A stretch of 63,898 nt of DNA, filler included, from Reclinomonas americana ATCC 50394 (lineage: Eukaryota): the NCBI GenBank assembly GCA_048213135.1. It is 5 parts of 3 records of this genome, joined end to end, with 100 filler letters (N's around TTAATTAATTAA, not from the genome) between each part and the next. Parts side by side here need not be neighbours in the genome. Positions count along the whole stretch, not along the records: positions 42,577 to 57,211 come from PS015359.1; positions 57,312 to 62,205 come from PS015359.1; 3 more parts are not named here. The stretch is one strand, 5' to 3'. The notes beneath the pieces were generated by a model. The model saw only the letters and a program-made list of their open reading frames with translations, was not told the DNA's origin and did no database searches. A program made the translations under genes and the position numbers. Shown one piece after another: positions 51,266-62,305 of the stretch. Positions within the stretch are counted from its first letter, which is position 1. Each line of letters opens with the position of its first letter.

Positions 51266-51445
51266 CGCCTTGGGGCGCGGCTTGACGCTGACCAGCGGGG
51301 CGACGGCGGCTGCGCGGTTTCCCGGCGCTTACTACCGGCCGATCGTCGGCGAGTTGCTTCCTTTCAGCACCGTATGGTCGTCGAAGAACGCTAATCCGAC
51401 CTGCCAGCGGCTTCTCTGTATGGCGCGGTCCATGGCTCGATCAAG
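51266..51445 (+). pseudogene. LysR substrate-binding domain 3' relic
   Basis: ALGRGLTLTS...FPGAYYRPI...FSTVWSSKNANP. Confidence 0.5.
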
Positions 51446-51706
51446 CCAAGGAGATGTCCTCAGCTCTCCGTCTTCGAAGCGGAAGTCCCGCGCCTCGCTC
51501 TCGCAAAGCCGCGATCCGTCGCCATGAAGCGTTTCAGCATGGGCATGATTAGGCGCACGGGATCGGTGTGCGTGTGGCTGTTCTCGCGGGCAAGGATTTC
51601 CCATAGGCGACAAGATCGCGGTGGAGAGCGAGGGTATAACAGCAATCGCGCCGAGCTCATCGCAGCCCACCTAGTCTAAAGACTGAAAGGAAGGCCGGTG
51701 CCAACC

Positions 51707-52306
51707 TCAAAAGGTAAGCACGGCCTTGCCGCTAAAGCGCCGCATGACGAGGTCGGCGGCGACGCGGGGAATTTCCGAGATCTGCGCCTCGATGGCGATT
51801 TTAGGCTTGAGGCGGCCCGACGCAACGAGCCGGGCGAGGCGCAGGAGCCCGGTCGTCGCGCCGCCTTCCACGGCAAGATCCGCGAAGAATTGCATCGTCT
51901 GCAGGCTGGCGGAGGTCGAGAGGTAGAGCCGGCGTCCGTCGAAGGTGGTGAGGTCGCCCTGCGAGAAGCCGAGGCTAACGCAGACGCCATGCGGGCGGAG
52001 GAGGCCAAGCGCGTCCCCAAGCTGTTCGCCTCCGAGGCTTTCCACAATGAGGTCGAAACGCCGTTCGCCGCAGGCGGCTCCAAGACGCTCGCCGACCGCG
52101 ATGTCGTCGGCGCCGGACTGGCGCGCCGCATCGCCCTGCTCGGACCGGCGGAGATGCGCCGTCACCGGCATCGCGCCGGCTATCCGTGCGAGCTGCAAGG
52201 CGAAGTCGCCGACCCCGCCGCTCGCGCCGGTTATCAGGACTGATTTGCCGAGAAGCAGCCCGCCGCGGGCGAGCGCACAAAGCGCGGTGAGACCGGCGAC
52301 CGGAAG
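51707..52306 (-). CDS. Zinc-binding dehydrogenase/quinone oxidoreductase, C-terminal part
   Basis: LPVAGLTA, VLITGASGGVG, RRFSGKAVL; 5' part lost in the gap. Confidence 0.8.
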   Translation of the reverse strand, partial: LPVAGLTALCALARGGLLLGKSVLITGASGGVGDFALQLARIAGAMPVTAHLRRSEQGDAARQSGADDIAVGERLGAACGERRFDLIVESLGGEQLGDALGLLRPHGVCVSLGFSQGDLTTFDGRRLYLSTSASLQTMQFFADLAVEGGATTGLLRLARLVASGRLKPKIAIEAQISEIPRVAADLVMRRFSGKAVLTF

Positions 52307-53189
52307 NNNNNNNNNNNNNNNNNNNNNNNNNNNNNNNNNNNNNNNNNNNNNNNNNNNNNNNNNNNNNNNNNNNNNNNNNNNNNNNNNNNNNNNNNNNNNN
52401 NNNNNNNNNNNNNNNNNNNNNNNNNNNNNNNNNNNNNNNNNNNNNNNNNNNNNNNNNNNNNNNNNNNNNNNNNNNNNNNNNNNNNNNNNNNNNNNNNNNN
52501 NNNNNNNNNNNNNNNNNNNNNNNNNNNNNNNNNNNNNNNNNNNNNNNNNNNNNNNNNNNNNNNNNNNNNNNNNNNNNNNNNNNNNNNNNNNNNNNNNNNN
52601 NNNNNNNNNNNNNNNNNNNNNNNNNNNNNNNNNNNNNNNNNNNNNNNNNNNNNNNNNNNNNNNNNNNNNNNNNNNNNNNNNNNNNNNNNNNNNNNNNNNN
52701 NNNNNNNNNNNNNNNNNNNNNNNNNNNNNNNNNNNNNNNNNNNNNNNNNNNNNNNNNNNNNNNNNNNNNNNNNNNNNNNNNNNNNNNNNNNNNNNNNNNN
52801 NNNNNNNNNNNNNNNNNNNNNNNNNNNNNNNNNNNNNNNNNNNNNNNNNNNNNNNNNNNNNNNNNNNNNNNNNNNNNNNNNNNNNNNNNNNNNNNNNNNN
52901 NNNNNNNNNNNNNNNNNNNNNNNNNNNNNNNNNNNNNNNNNNNNNNNNNNNNNNNNNNNNNNNNNNNNNNNNNNNNNNNNNNNNNNNNNNNNNNNNNNNN
53001 NNNNNNNNNNNNNNNNNNNNNNNNNNNNNNNNNNNNNNNNNNNNNNNNNNNNNNNNNNNNNNNNNNNNNNNNNNNNNNNNNNNNNNNNNNNNNNNNNNNN
53101 NNNNNNNNNNNNNNNNNNNNNNNNNNNNNNNNNNNNNNNNNNNNNNNNNNNNNNNNNNNNNNNNNNNNNNNNNNNNNNNNNNNNNNNNN

Positions 53190-54187
53190 TCTTGCCGCGC
53201 GCCTTCCGCTTCGATGACGGCATGGGCGCGGGTCAGATTCGCGGCCGTGACCGGGCCGAACCGCTCCGAAAGTGTCGTGCGCAGCGTCCCGGCATCCATC
53301 AGGCGAGCCACTTCGTCGAGCAGTTCGGCCTGGCGTTCCATGTCAGCGGTCTGGAATGTCGAGCGTGCGAACATGGCCTCCCAATGCACCGAGAGGGATT
53401 TGCGCTTGAGCGCGACGATGTCGAGGCTTTTCGGGTCGTCGATGAGGGCCAGGCGTCCCGGCGGCGCGATCAGGTCGACGATCTGCGACAGGCGCTCGGC
53501 CGTATGGCTGGTGGACAGCACGAAACCTGGCGCCTCCAGTTCCAGTCCGGCGATTTCCTCGGACAGCGAGCGCGAATGATCGAGGACATGATGGGCGCCC
53601 AGATCCATGATCCATGCGCGCGTCTCGGCGCGCGAAGCCGTGCCGATCACTGTCAGGTCGGTCAATTGCCGTGCAAGCTGAACGGCGATGGAGCCGACGC
53701 CACCTGCTGCTCCGATGATCAGGATGCTCGACGCCCCCGGGACCGGGCGCCTGACCTCCAGGCGATCGAACAGCGCTTCCCAGGCGGTGATCGTGGTGAG
53801 CGGCAGCGCCGCGGCGCCCGCCCAGTCGAGCGATCGCGGCTTGCGGCCGACGATCCGTTCGTCGACGAGGTGGAACTCGGAATTGGCTCCGGGCCGTGTG
53901 ATATCCCCGGCGTAGTAGACCTCGTCGCCCACCTTGAAGCGTGTCACATCGGCGCCCGCCCCGACCACCACCCCGGCAGCATCCCAGCCGAGGACTTTCC
54001 ATCCGCTCCGGGATGGCGGCGTGGTCATGCGCAACTTGGTGTCCACGGGATTGACCGAGATAGCCCGCACCTCAACCAGGAGGTCGCGGGCCGAGGGCAC
54101 GGGTATCGGCAGATCGACGTCAACGAGAACCTGCGCTCCCTCGACCGGACCCGGAACCCTGTAGGCTACAGCGCGCATGCGCGGCAC
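53190..54187 (-). CDS. Zinc-binding alcohol dehydrogenase family (quinone-oxidoreductase-like) protein, 3' end at gap
   Basis: AISVNPVDTK, LGWDAAG, LPLTTITAWEALFDRL, GAAGGVG. Confidence 0.88.
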
Positions 54188-54209
54188 CTTTCCCGATCGT
54201 TCGGTGGAA

Positions 54210-55109
54210 TCAGAAGATCAGGACGCGCTTTCCGCGCGTGTGTCCCTTCAGGACAGCAGCGAAGCCGTCCCGGGCGCTGGCAAACGGGTAGGTCTCGCTG
54301 ACTTCCCATTTGATCCGGCCGTCGGCGACCCGGTCCACGACATATTGGAGATTGGCGGGACTGGGCTTGTTGCCCGTCGCGCGGACCCGCTCCGATGGGG
54401 CGGGGATACCCGTGGTGGAAGCGATATCCCCGTCCGGCTTCACCGTGGCGAGCGAGGCGTGCGTGGCTTCCTCGGTGCCGGCCAGGATGATCGCCGCGTC
54501 GAACGGAGCGGGATGGACCGTCCCGATACGCTCGACCAGGCCAGGACCATAAGCGACGGGCGTTGCGCCGAGCGCGCGGAGATAGTCGTGGTTGGCCCCC
54601 GAATCCGTCGCCACGATCTCGATGCCCTTCTCGCGGGCAAGCTGGACCAGCACGGTGCCGACCCCGCCCGCGCCGCCATGGACCAGCAGCGATCCGATAT
54701 CGCCAAGCTCATGGAGAACCGCCATCGCGGTCTGGGAGGTTCCGGCCAGGGAGCCGGCCACGGCCCAATCGATCGTGGATGGACGCCGGATGAGGTTGCC
54801 GATCGGCACGTCGATGATCGTGGCGTGCGTAAAGCCGCCGCCGGAGCCGAGAACCTCCTCGCCAACGGCCCATGGCCCGGCGTCGGCGGGCAGTTCGACG
54901 ATGAGCCCGGCGAACTCGGTGCCGAACCTCAAAGGCAGGGGACCGAACCGGATTTCGCCCGTCATCCGGCGCGCGTCGATCGGGTTGAGGCCGGCCGCCT
55001 TGACCTCGATCCGGGCGTGACCCGGCGCCAGGGGAGGAAGCTCCTCCTCGACGAACTCGAGGACATCGGATTGACCGTAACGGTCGGCGACCAGGATTCT
55101 GCTTTTCAT
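54210..55109 (-). CDS. NADP-dependent MDR oxidoreductase
   Basis: KAAGLNPID, VHGGAGGVG, GHTRGKRVL. Confidence 0.88.
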   Translation of the reverse strand: MKSRILVADRYGQSDVLEFVEEELPPLAPGHARIEVKAAGLNPIDARRMTGEIRFGPLPLRFGTEFAGLIVELPADAGPWAVGEEVLGSGGGFTHATIIDVPIGNLIRRPSTIDWAVAGSLAGTSQTAMAVLHELGDIGSLLVHGGAGGVGTVLVQLAREKGIEIVATDSGANHDYLRALGATPVAYGPGLVERIGTVHPAPFDAAIILAGTEEATHASLATVKPDGDIASTTGIPAPSERVRATGNKPSPANLQYVVDRVADGRIKWEVSETYPFASARDGFAAVLKGHTRGKRVLIF

Positions 55110-55175
55110 ATCGTCATGCTCCTGTCCCGGCACAAAGCGACATCGGCCTTGCGTCCCGAGGCGTTGCCCTGAAGG

Positions 55176-56003
55176 TCAGGACAGAACCGAAATGCCTGTC
55201 TTGGCCGTCGCGCCGCCGTCCACCGTGAGGTTCGCGCCGGTGATGTAGGCGGATTCGTCCGAGGCAAGGAAAAGACCGGCATAGGCGACGTCGACGGGGC
55301 GCCCCGATCGCTTGAGCAGCGGCATGCCTTCGAATAGCTTACGAAAGTCAGGGCTGGCGGCAACGACAGCTTCCGACGCGGGCGTCACGATCGGCCCCGG
55401 CGAGATCGCGTTGACCCGGATCCCGTGGACCCCGCCCTCCGTCGCCAGCTGGCGCGTAAAGCTGATCACGCCGCCCTTCCCGGTGGCGTGCGCGGCTGCG
55501 CCGGCGCTGCCGATGACCTCGCCGCCCATCATCCCCGCGATCGAGGCGATGTTGATAATCGACCCGCCGCCCCTTGCGATCAGATGCGGCCAAGCCGCCT
55601 TCGACGGTATGAACACCGTGTCGAGTTCCAGCCGCAGCGTGTCATGCCATTGCGCGAGCGTCATGTCGCCGAACGGCACGAAATGGGCGCCGGCGCCGTT
55701 GTTATAGAGGATGTCGATCCCACCATGTCGCGCCGCGACATCGTCCACCCAGGACACGACCTTCGCTTCGTCGGACGCATCGACCTGCGCCAGATCAAGC
55801 TTGACGTCGCGCGCGGCGGCAAGCGCCTCGGTGCCCTTGAGGCCTTCGGGATTGATGTCGCAGCCCGCGACAATGGCGCCGGCTTCCGCGAAGAGGAGTG
55901 CGACCTCCCGGCCTTGACCGCTGCCGACCCCGGTCACCAAAGCGACCTTCCCGGTCAGGCGCCCCTTCACCGGGCCATGGCTCAAAAGTTCAGTTGTCGA
56001 CAT
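55176..56003 (-). CDS. SDR oxidoreductase (His in place of the catalytic Tyr)
   Basis: TGVGSGQG, HATGK, RVNAISPG, ITGANLTVDGG. Confidence 0.88.
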   Translation of the reverse strand: MSTTELLSHGPVKGRLTGKVALVTGVGSGQGREVALLFAEAGAIVAGCDINPEGLKGTEALAAARDVKLDLAQVDASDEAKVVSWVDDVAARHGGIDILYNNGAGAHFVPFGDMTLAQWHDTLRLELDTVFIPSKAAWPHLIARGGGSIINIASIAGMMGGEVIGSAGAAAHATGKGGVISFTRQLATEGGVHGIRVNAISPGPIVTPASEAVVAASPDFRKLFEGMPLLKRSGRPVDVAYAGLFLASDESAYITGANLTVDGGATAKTGISVLS

Positions 56004-56029
56004 AATAGTTCTCCAATCAAGCGGCGGCG

Positions 56030-56766
<737 letters not shown>

Positions 56767-56801
56767 TTCGAAATTTCTCTGGTTTGCGATGCTGGAAGTC
56801 T

Positions 56802-57068
56802 TCAGGCCGCCATCTTGTTGGCGAGGTTGATGATCTTGGCCTGGGTGAATTCCTTCATGCCCTCGAGCCCCGATTCACGGCCGATGCCTGACTGGGTCAG
56901 GGATGCCCAGGCCGGGAAGGCGCGCTTGGCGGCGGCAATCGCCTGTTCGAGTTGCGCCTCGTCGGCGCATGCACAGGTCTCGAAGATAGCCCCGGTGGCG
57001 GGATTGATCACTTCAAGGGTCGAAGCGCCGTCCACGAGTTTTCCATCGATCAAAAGACGGTAAGCCAT
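56802..57068 (-). pseudogene. Aldehyde dehydrogenase with large in-frame internal deletion
   Basis: N-terminus LIDGK..VINPATG..AAKRAFPAW fused directly to C-terminus QSGIGRESGLEGMKEFTQAK. Confidence 0.85.
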
Positions 57069-57211
57069 GGTCCGGTTTCTCCTGCGGATGCGGTGCTGCC
57101 AGAAGGACGTGATGGCGCTGGGCGCGAGGCCTTTACCGCGACAAGCGCTTCCGCCCCTTGGGCTGGTCGATTGTGGTGCAGCTTCACTGGTTCCTCCGAA
57201 AGTTGGGCTGC

Positions 57212-57311
57212 NNNNNNNNNNNNNNNNNNNNNNNNNNNNNNNNNNNNNNNNNNNNTTAATTAATTAANNNNNNNNNNNNNNNNNNNNNNNNNNNNNNNNN
57301 NNNNNNNNNNN
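57212..57311. other. Artificial scaffold linker
   Basis: N44-TTAATTAATTAA-N44. Confidence 0.95.
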
Positions 57312-57803
57312 GGACTGGTGACCAGGAAACTCGGACAAGCGCGCCGCGTGCTGGTGGCCAGCCCCGGCTATCTGGATGCCGCCGGGCGGCCCCGGACGCC
57401 GCAGGATCTTGCGCGGATGGATACGTTCAGCAGGCCCGGCGACGTGCATGACGGCCAGGCGCGGTGGGCACTCGCCGGCCCGTCGGGCCAGGCCGCCGTG
57501 ATAACGCACACGCCCAGGCTGTCGACCGACGATCTGCGCATGCAGCTCCAGGCCGCCGTCAACGGCATCGGCGTCGCATTGCTGCCAGAACCTATCGTGT
57601 CCGCATCCGTCCGCAGCGGCGTTCTCGAAACGGTGCTTCCGCACTGGTCCGCCGAGACTCATATGATCCATTTGCTCTATCCGACCCCACGGGGAATGCT
57701 GCCGTCGGTGCGCAGCCTGATCGACTATCTGGCGGTGCATCTGCCCGCCTGTATCCAGGAGCGAAGCGTCGAGCTGGAGGATGACCACGACCAGACACGA
57801 TAG
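57312..57803 (+). CDS. LysR regulator, C-terminal part
   Basis: LVASPGYL..GRPRTPQDL, AAVNGIGVALLP, VRSLIDYL. Confidence 0.85.
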   Translation, partial: GLVTRKLGQARRVLVASPGYLDAAGRPRTPQDLARMDTFSRPGDVHDGQARWALAGPSGQAAVITHTPRLSTDDLRMQLQAAVNGIGVALLPEPIVSASVRSGVLETVLPHWSAETHMIHLLYPTPRGMLPSVRSLIDYLAVHLPACIQERSVELEDDHDQTR

Positions 57804-57849
57804 GCGGCCCGGGTCGAGCGCCTCTTTGCAGGCTTTCCGAGATATCCTC

Positions 57850-58488
57850 TCACAGAGCCCGATCAGGCGCGAACCAGGACGGGTACATCGCCTCGATGGC
57901 GGCCAGCAGCATCCGTTCATCGCGAGGCGCGGGAAGACGCAGCCAGGCCTCGACAGCGCCGGCGGCGCCATGGGCGAGCTGAGCCGCATAGAGCGCGGCG
58001 GCTTCCGGTCCCGGCATCGGCGGGTTCACAAAGCCTTCGCGAAATATGGTCAGCATGGATTGCTCGATATGCTCGGCGAGCACCACGCGCAGGGCAAACT
58101 TTGCCGAGGCGCGGCCGACACCGCCATAGACATCCTCATGCTTGAGGACATGCGCCAGAATTGCGTGCAGCGTGCTGCGGGTCAGGTCGCGCAGCAGAAG
58201 GCCGTCGCGTTCGAGCTGGTCCATCCCGCGCCGCCGCACCATATCCAGCTCGCAGGAGAGGACGCGGGTCAGCAGTTCCACGGGCGTTCGGGCATGTTCG
58301 TAAAAGGTGCTGCGGTTTATGCCCGCGCGGCGCGTTAGCTCCGAAACCGACGCGCTCGTGATGTCCCGCTCGGCCGCCAGCGAAAGCACCGCGGCGGCGA
58401 GCCGGGCACGGGTGCGCTCTATCCGCACATCCTCGGCCTCGGCGCCGTCGCCAAAGCCCTTGTCCGCCGCTTGTGAATGCACCGTCAT
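57850..58488 (-). CDS. TetR family regulator
   Basis: DVRIERTRARL, SVSELTRRAGINRSTFYEH. Confidence 0.9.
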   Translation of the reverse strand: MTVHSQAADKGFGDGAEAEDVRIERTRARLAAAVLSLAAERDITSASVSELTRRAGINRSTFYEHARTPVELLTRVLSCELDMVRRRGMDQLERDGLLLRDLTRSTLHAILAHVLKHEDVYGGVGRASAKFALRVVLAEHIEQSMLTIFREGFVNPPMPGPEAAALYAAQLAHGAAGAVEAWLRLPAPRDERMLLAAIEAMYPSWFAPDRAL

Positions 58489-58512
58489 CTGCCGCCTCGA
58501 TCAAGGCTGGTT

Positions 58513-58533
58513 AATCCAACACCTGTCGGTTAT
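58513..58533. promoter_or_regulatory. Putative TetR operator 1
   Basis: AATCCAACACCTGTCGGTTAT, imperfect palindrome in the divergent promoter region. Confidence 0.65.
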
Positions 58534-58605
58534 CATGCTAAGAGAGCGGCGCTTCGATCGTCAAGCCGGACCGGCGGCGGCATTGGGATAGAGGACGGAA
58601 AACAG

Positions 58606-59672
58606 ATGAAAGACCTCACGGCATTGGTGCTGGGCGGCACCGGCGACGTTGGCGAAGGCATTGTCCGCAGCTTTCTGAAGCACGGCGCAACCGTTATCGT
58701 GCCTTCCCGAAGCCAGGTGAAACTCGACGGCCTGCGCGACTATGTCGGGGACATCCAGGCAGGCACGCTGAAAACCGTCACGGGCCTTTTCGATACGCCG
58801 GCGGAGGCGGAAGCACTGCGGGACAGGATCGGCCAGCTCGCAATCCGGGTCGATATCGTCGTAGCGGCGCTGGGCGGCTGGTCNNNNNNNNNNNNNNNNN
58901 NNNNNNNNNNNNNNNNNNNNNNNNNNNNNNNNNNNNNNNNNNNNNNNNNNNNNNNNNNNNNNNNNNNNNNNNNNNNNNNNNNNNNNNNNNNNNNNNNNNN
59001 NNNNNNNNNNNNNNNNNNNNNNNNNNNNNNNNNNNNNNNNNNNNNNNNNNNNNNNNNNNNNNNNNNNNNNNNNNNNNNNNNNNNNNNNNNNNNNNNNNNN
59101 NNNNNNNNNNNNNNNNNNNNNNNNNNNNNNNNNNNNNNNNNNNNNNNNNNNNNNNNNNNNNNNNNNNNNACGCCGGCGGAGGCGGAAGCACTGCGGACAG
59201 GATCGGCAGCTCGCAAGTCCGGGTCGATATCGTCGTAGCGGCGTTGGGCGGCTGGTCGCAGGGCTTTGCCCTTACCGATCTCGGCTTCGATCAATGGGAA
59301 CAGATCGTCCGGAACAACCTGACGACTCACTTCCTTGCGATGAAGACGTTCGTGCCCCTGCTGGCGGCCGGGAGCGGCGTCTATGTCCACATCAACGGGC
59401 AGAGCGCCGAAGGCCCGCATCCTGGCGCGGGGCCAGTGGCGGCCATGTCGGCCGCGCAGAGGTCGCTGGCATTGACGCTCGCCGAAGAGCTTCGCCCTTC
59501 CGAAGTGCGGGTGCACGAGCTTCTCCTGCCGCCGGTCAACACGCGCAGGCGCATCAGCCGCCACCATGACCGCCCCGAATGGCCGACCGCCGAGGAGGTC
59601 GGCGACTATGTCGCGACGCTGATTGAGCGGAACGATCAGACGGTCGTTCATTGGATCGAGCCGAAGAAATGA
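58606..59672 (+). CDS. SDR oxidoreductase (gap flanks overlap, so the gene is probably contiguous)
   Basis: LGGTGDVGEG; about 88 bp are repeated on both sides of the gap. Confidence 0.8.
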
Positions 59673-59777
59673 CCCTCGGCCTTGGCCTTCCTTCCGGTCG
59701 AACGGAGGCCGAGCATGGCAGCGGCGTTGCCGTCAACCGACCGCGCCGGCGCGCCCCGCTCACGGTAGAGGCTAGAA

Positions 59778-59798
59778 AATCCGACACCTGTCGCTTAT
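59778..59798. promoter_or_regulatory. Putative TetR operator 2
   Basis: AATCCGACACCTGTCGCTTAT, 19/21 identical to operator 1; upstream of the NmrA-like gene. Confidence 0.65.
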
Positions 59799-59889
59799 TC
59801 TCGCAACGCGGCGGCGTGACAGCCGTCCAACCGAATAAAGCGCCCGATCGATGCGTTCGGGCGCACCGCTTCGAGCAAAAGGGATCGCA

Positions 59890-60810
59890 ATGACCGAACA
59901 GAACAAGATCGTCGTCCTGGCCGGCGCGACGGGCAATCTGGGCTCCCTCATCGCTCACGCTTTGCTGAACAAGCCGGAGGTGCGGTTGCGGGCTCTGGTG
60001 CGCCCGGCGAGCGCCGGAAAGCTAGCGGCTCTGCGGGAGAAGGGCGTCGAGATCGTGGAGATCGATCTCGATGACGAGACGCAAGGCGAAAAGCTCGCGA
60101 CGGCGCTGAACGGAGCGTTCTCGGTGGTTTCCGCCATCCAGGGCGGTCCGGACGTGATCGTCGGTGACCAGTTGCGGCTGCTCGATGCGGCCAGCCGGAC
60201 AAAGGTCCGTCGCTTCATCCCGTCCAGCTTCTCCTACAACATTTTCGGCCTCGACGACGGCGAGAATATCAACACCGACGACCGCCGCGCCTTCGCCCGT
60301 GAGGCGGAAAAAGCTCGCGGCGCGGTCGAGGTCGTTCACATCAACATCGGCGCGTTTCTCGATCGGCGCGTCCTGTTCGGCTTCCTCGGGGCATTCGACC
60401 TCGACGCGGGACAGGCTTTCCTTTGGGGAGACGGCCAGACCGCGATGGACTTCACGACCTATGAGGACACCGCGCGGTTCACAGCCGAAGTGGCAGTCGA
60501 CGAGGGGCAGGTTCCCAGCGTGTTCGAGGTCGCCGGCGATACGCTGACATTCCACGAACTGGTGAGGGCCTACGAAGAGGCGTCCGGAAAATCCATTGCC
60601 GTCGTGAAGAAGGGAAGCCTCGCCGATCTCGATCGCGAGATCGAGCAGCGCAGGCAGGCCGAACCGCAGAACGTGTACGGCTGGCTGCCGCTGATGTACT
60701 GGCGCGGCATGCTGTCGGGCAAGGGCAAGCTCCACGCGATCGCGAACGACCGCTATCCGTGGATCAAGCCGCAGACCGTTCGGGACTATGTCCGTCAGGA
60801 AGGGCTTTGA
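59890..60810 (+). CDS. NmrA/isoflavone-reductase-like NAD(P)-binding protein
   Basis: LAGATGNLG, VRRFIPSSF, WGDG..MDFTTYEDTA. Confidence 0.88.
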   Translation: MTEQNKIVVLAGATGNLGSLIAHALLNKPEVRLRALVRPASAGKLAALREKGVEIVEIDLDDETQGEKLATALNGAFSVVSAIQGGPDVIVGDQLRLLDAASRTKVRRFIPSSFSYNIFGLDDGENINTDDRRAFAREAEKARGAVEVVHINIGAFLDRRVLFGFLGAFDLDAGQAFLWGDGQTAMDFTTYEDTARFTAEVAVDEGQVPSVFEVAGDTLTFHELVRAYEEASGKSIAVVKKGSLADLDREIEQRRQAEPQNVYGWLPLMYWRGMLSGKGKLHAIANDRYPWIKPQTVRDYVRQEGL

Positions 60811-60987
60811 CCGAGATCCTTCCATGAGCAGACATGGCTGCTCCCCGGCACGGGAGAAAAGCTCTCATGCGAGTCTGGCGTCAGGGCGACGCCGCTCTGC
60901 TTCGCTGCGGCATGCCAGACGGAGGCGCTGATGATCCCGAAGAATGTCGGGCGACCGCTCCAAGACGCTCCATATGACCTGATATCT

Positions 60988-61101
60988 GCCGACCGCCTCT
61001 TCCTCGACGGAGAGTACCGTCGACCGCGGCTCCTTCGGTCCAGTCGGCAGGTCGGCGGCAGAGGGCCGCTTCTTCCACTTCGCCACGGTCTTTGGATTGA
61101 T
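60988..61101 (-). pseudogene. IS481-family transposase fragment
   Basis: INPKTVAKWKKRPSAADLPTGPKEPRSTVLSVEEEAV. Confidence 0.7.
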
Positions 61102-61386
61102 CCAGGACCGAAGTTCTACGGCGCCTTTCTCGCAGCGCTGAAGGAGGCGACAGAAATAGTGAGCAATGACAAGGGGGCGGCGGCGGAAGCCTATCTGCGC
61201 TTCACCAAGGACCGCTCCTCCAAGGAAGAGCTCGTTTCGATCCTTACCGATAAGACCACGCGCATTCACTACCGACGTGCTCAACCTCGGCTCCTTCACG
61301 GAGTTCATGGGCAAGGTCGGCCGTCTGAAAAACCCGCCTGCAGATTGGAAAAAGAGATGCTCTTTCCTGAAGCAACGGCTCAATAA
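61102..61386 (+). pseudogene. ABC substrate-binding protein 3' relic
   Basis: PKFYGAFLAALKEA..AAAEAY, then FMGKVGRLKNPPADWK in a shifted frame. Confidence 0.6.
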
Positions 61387-61589
61387 TCCGATATCAGACA
61401 CCATCGGGGGCTTGAGCGCCTATTGCGCCAAGCCTTCTAGGACCAGCAACAAGCGAATGCGTCCTAGGTCGGGTCGACAACGGCCCGTAAATCAATCTGT
61501 CGTCGTCAACACCTCATACGTAGGGACAAGCCCTCATGCGATGGGAGACATCTGCCTTGAGCGGCGTGGGCGCGACTATTTGCGCTGTT

Positions 61590-61648
61590 CTCCAATTGAT
61601 CCAGACTCAGCAATTCAGACCTAGACTCATTCTTTCTGAGATACGACA
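61590..61648 (-). repeat. Transposon right end with adjacent putative TnsB sites
   Basis: Minus strand TGTCGTATCTCAGAAAGAATGAGTCTAGGTCTGAATTGCTGAGTCTGGATCAATTG; AGACTCA recurs at a 20-bp period (61603, 61623). Confidence 0.82.
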
Positions 61649-61653
61649 ACTCC
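61649..61653. repeat. 5-bp target-site duplication ACTCC (right copy)
   Basis: Directly follows terminal ACA; identical to 3043-3047. Confidence 0.85.
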
Positions 61654-61658
61654 TCCGC

Positions 61659-62205
61659 TCAGGTGTCGACCGTCGCGTTCAGCGCGTTGCTCTGGATGAA
61701 TTCGCGGCGCGGCTCGACCACGTCGCCCATCAGCTTGACGAAGAGGTCGTCGGCCTCGTCGTTCTGGTCGTTCTTGACGCGCAGCAGCGAGCGCACATCG
61801 CGGTCGAGCGTCGTCTCCCAGAGCTGGTCCGGGTTCATCTCGCCGAGACCTTTGTAGCGCTGCAGCGAGACGCCCTTCTTGCCGATCGCGTTGACCGCAT
61901 CGAACAGGTCGCTCGGGCCGTTGACGATGTGGTCGTCGCCCTTGCGGCTGAGCACGCCCGGCTTGGCATAGGCTTCCTGCAGCGACGAGGCGGCAGCGTC
62001 GAGCTTGCGGGCCTCGGCGCTGGCGAGCAGGCCGGCATCGAGCGCCACCACCTGCTTCACGCCGCGCACCAGCCGCGAGAAGGTGAAGCCGCCATCGGCT
62101 GCCTTGCCCTCCCAGCCGCGCTCGATCTCGTCCGAGATCGCATCGAGTCGGCGCGCGACAGTAAGCTGCGGACCTCGGCGAGCTCGGCCTCGCTGCGCTC
62201 GCCCG
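61659..62205 (-). CDS. gyrB: DNA gyrase subunit B, 3' portion
   Basis: [20 protein letters not shown]...[18 protein letters not shown], preceded by proteobacterial GyrB insert sequence, which ParE lacks. Confidence 0.93.
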
Positions 62206-62305
62206 NNNNNNNNNNNNNNNNNNNNNNNNNNNNNNNNNNNNNNNNNNNNTTAATTAATTAANNNNNNNNNNNNNNNNNNNNNNNNNNNNNNNNNNNNNNN
62301 NNNNN
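62206..62305. other. Artificial scaffold linker
   Basis: N44-TTAATTAATTAA-N44. Confidence 0.95.

Noticed and set aside
51707..54187. 826-aa double-dehydrogenase ORF and other X-filled ORFs
   Set aside because: Read-through across N gaps; these are separate genes.
58795..59257. Tandem duplication within the SDR gene
   Set aside because: Overlapping contig ends on either side of an N gap.
61659..62205. Target gene could be parE, a known Tn7-like att site
   Set aside because: [18 protein letters not shown] and [13 protein letters not shown], together with the upstream insert region, are GyrB-type.
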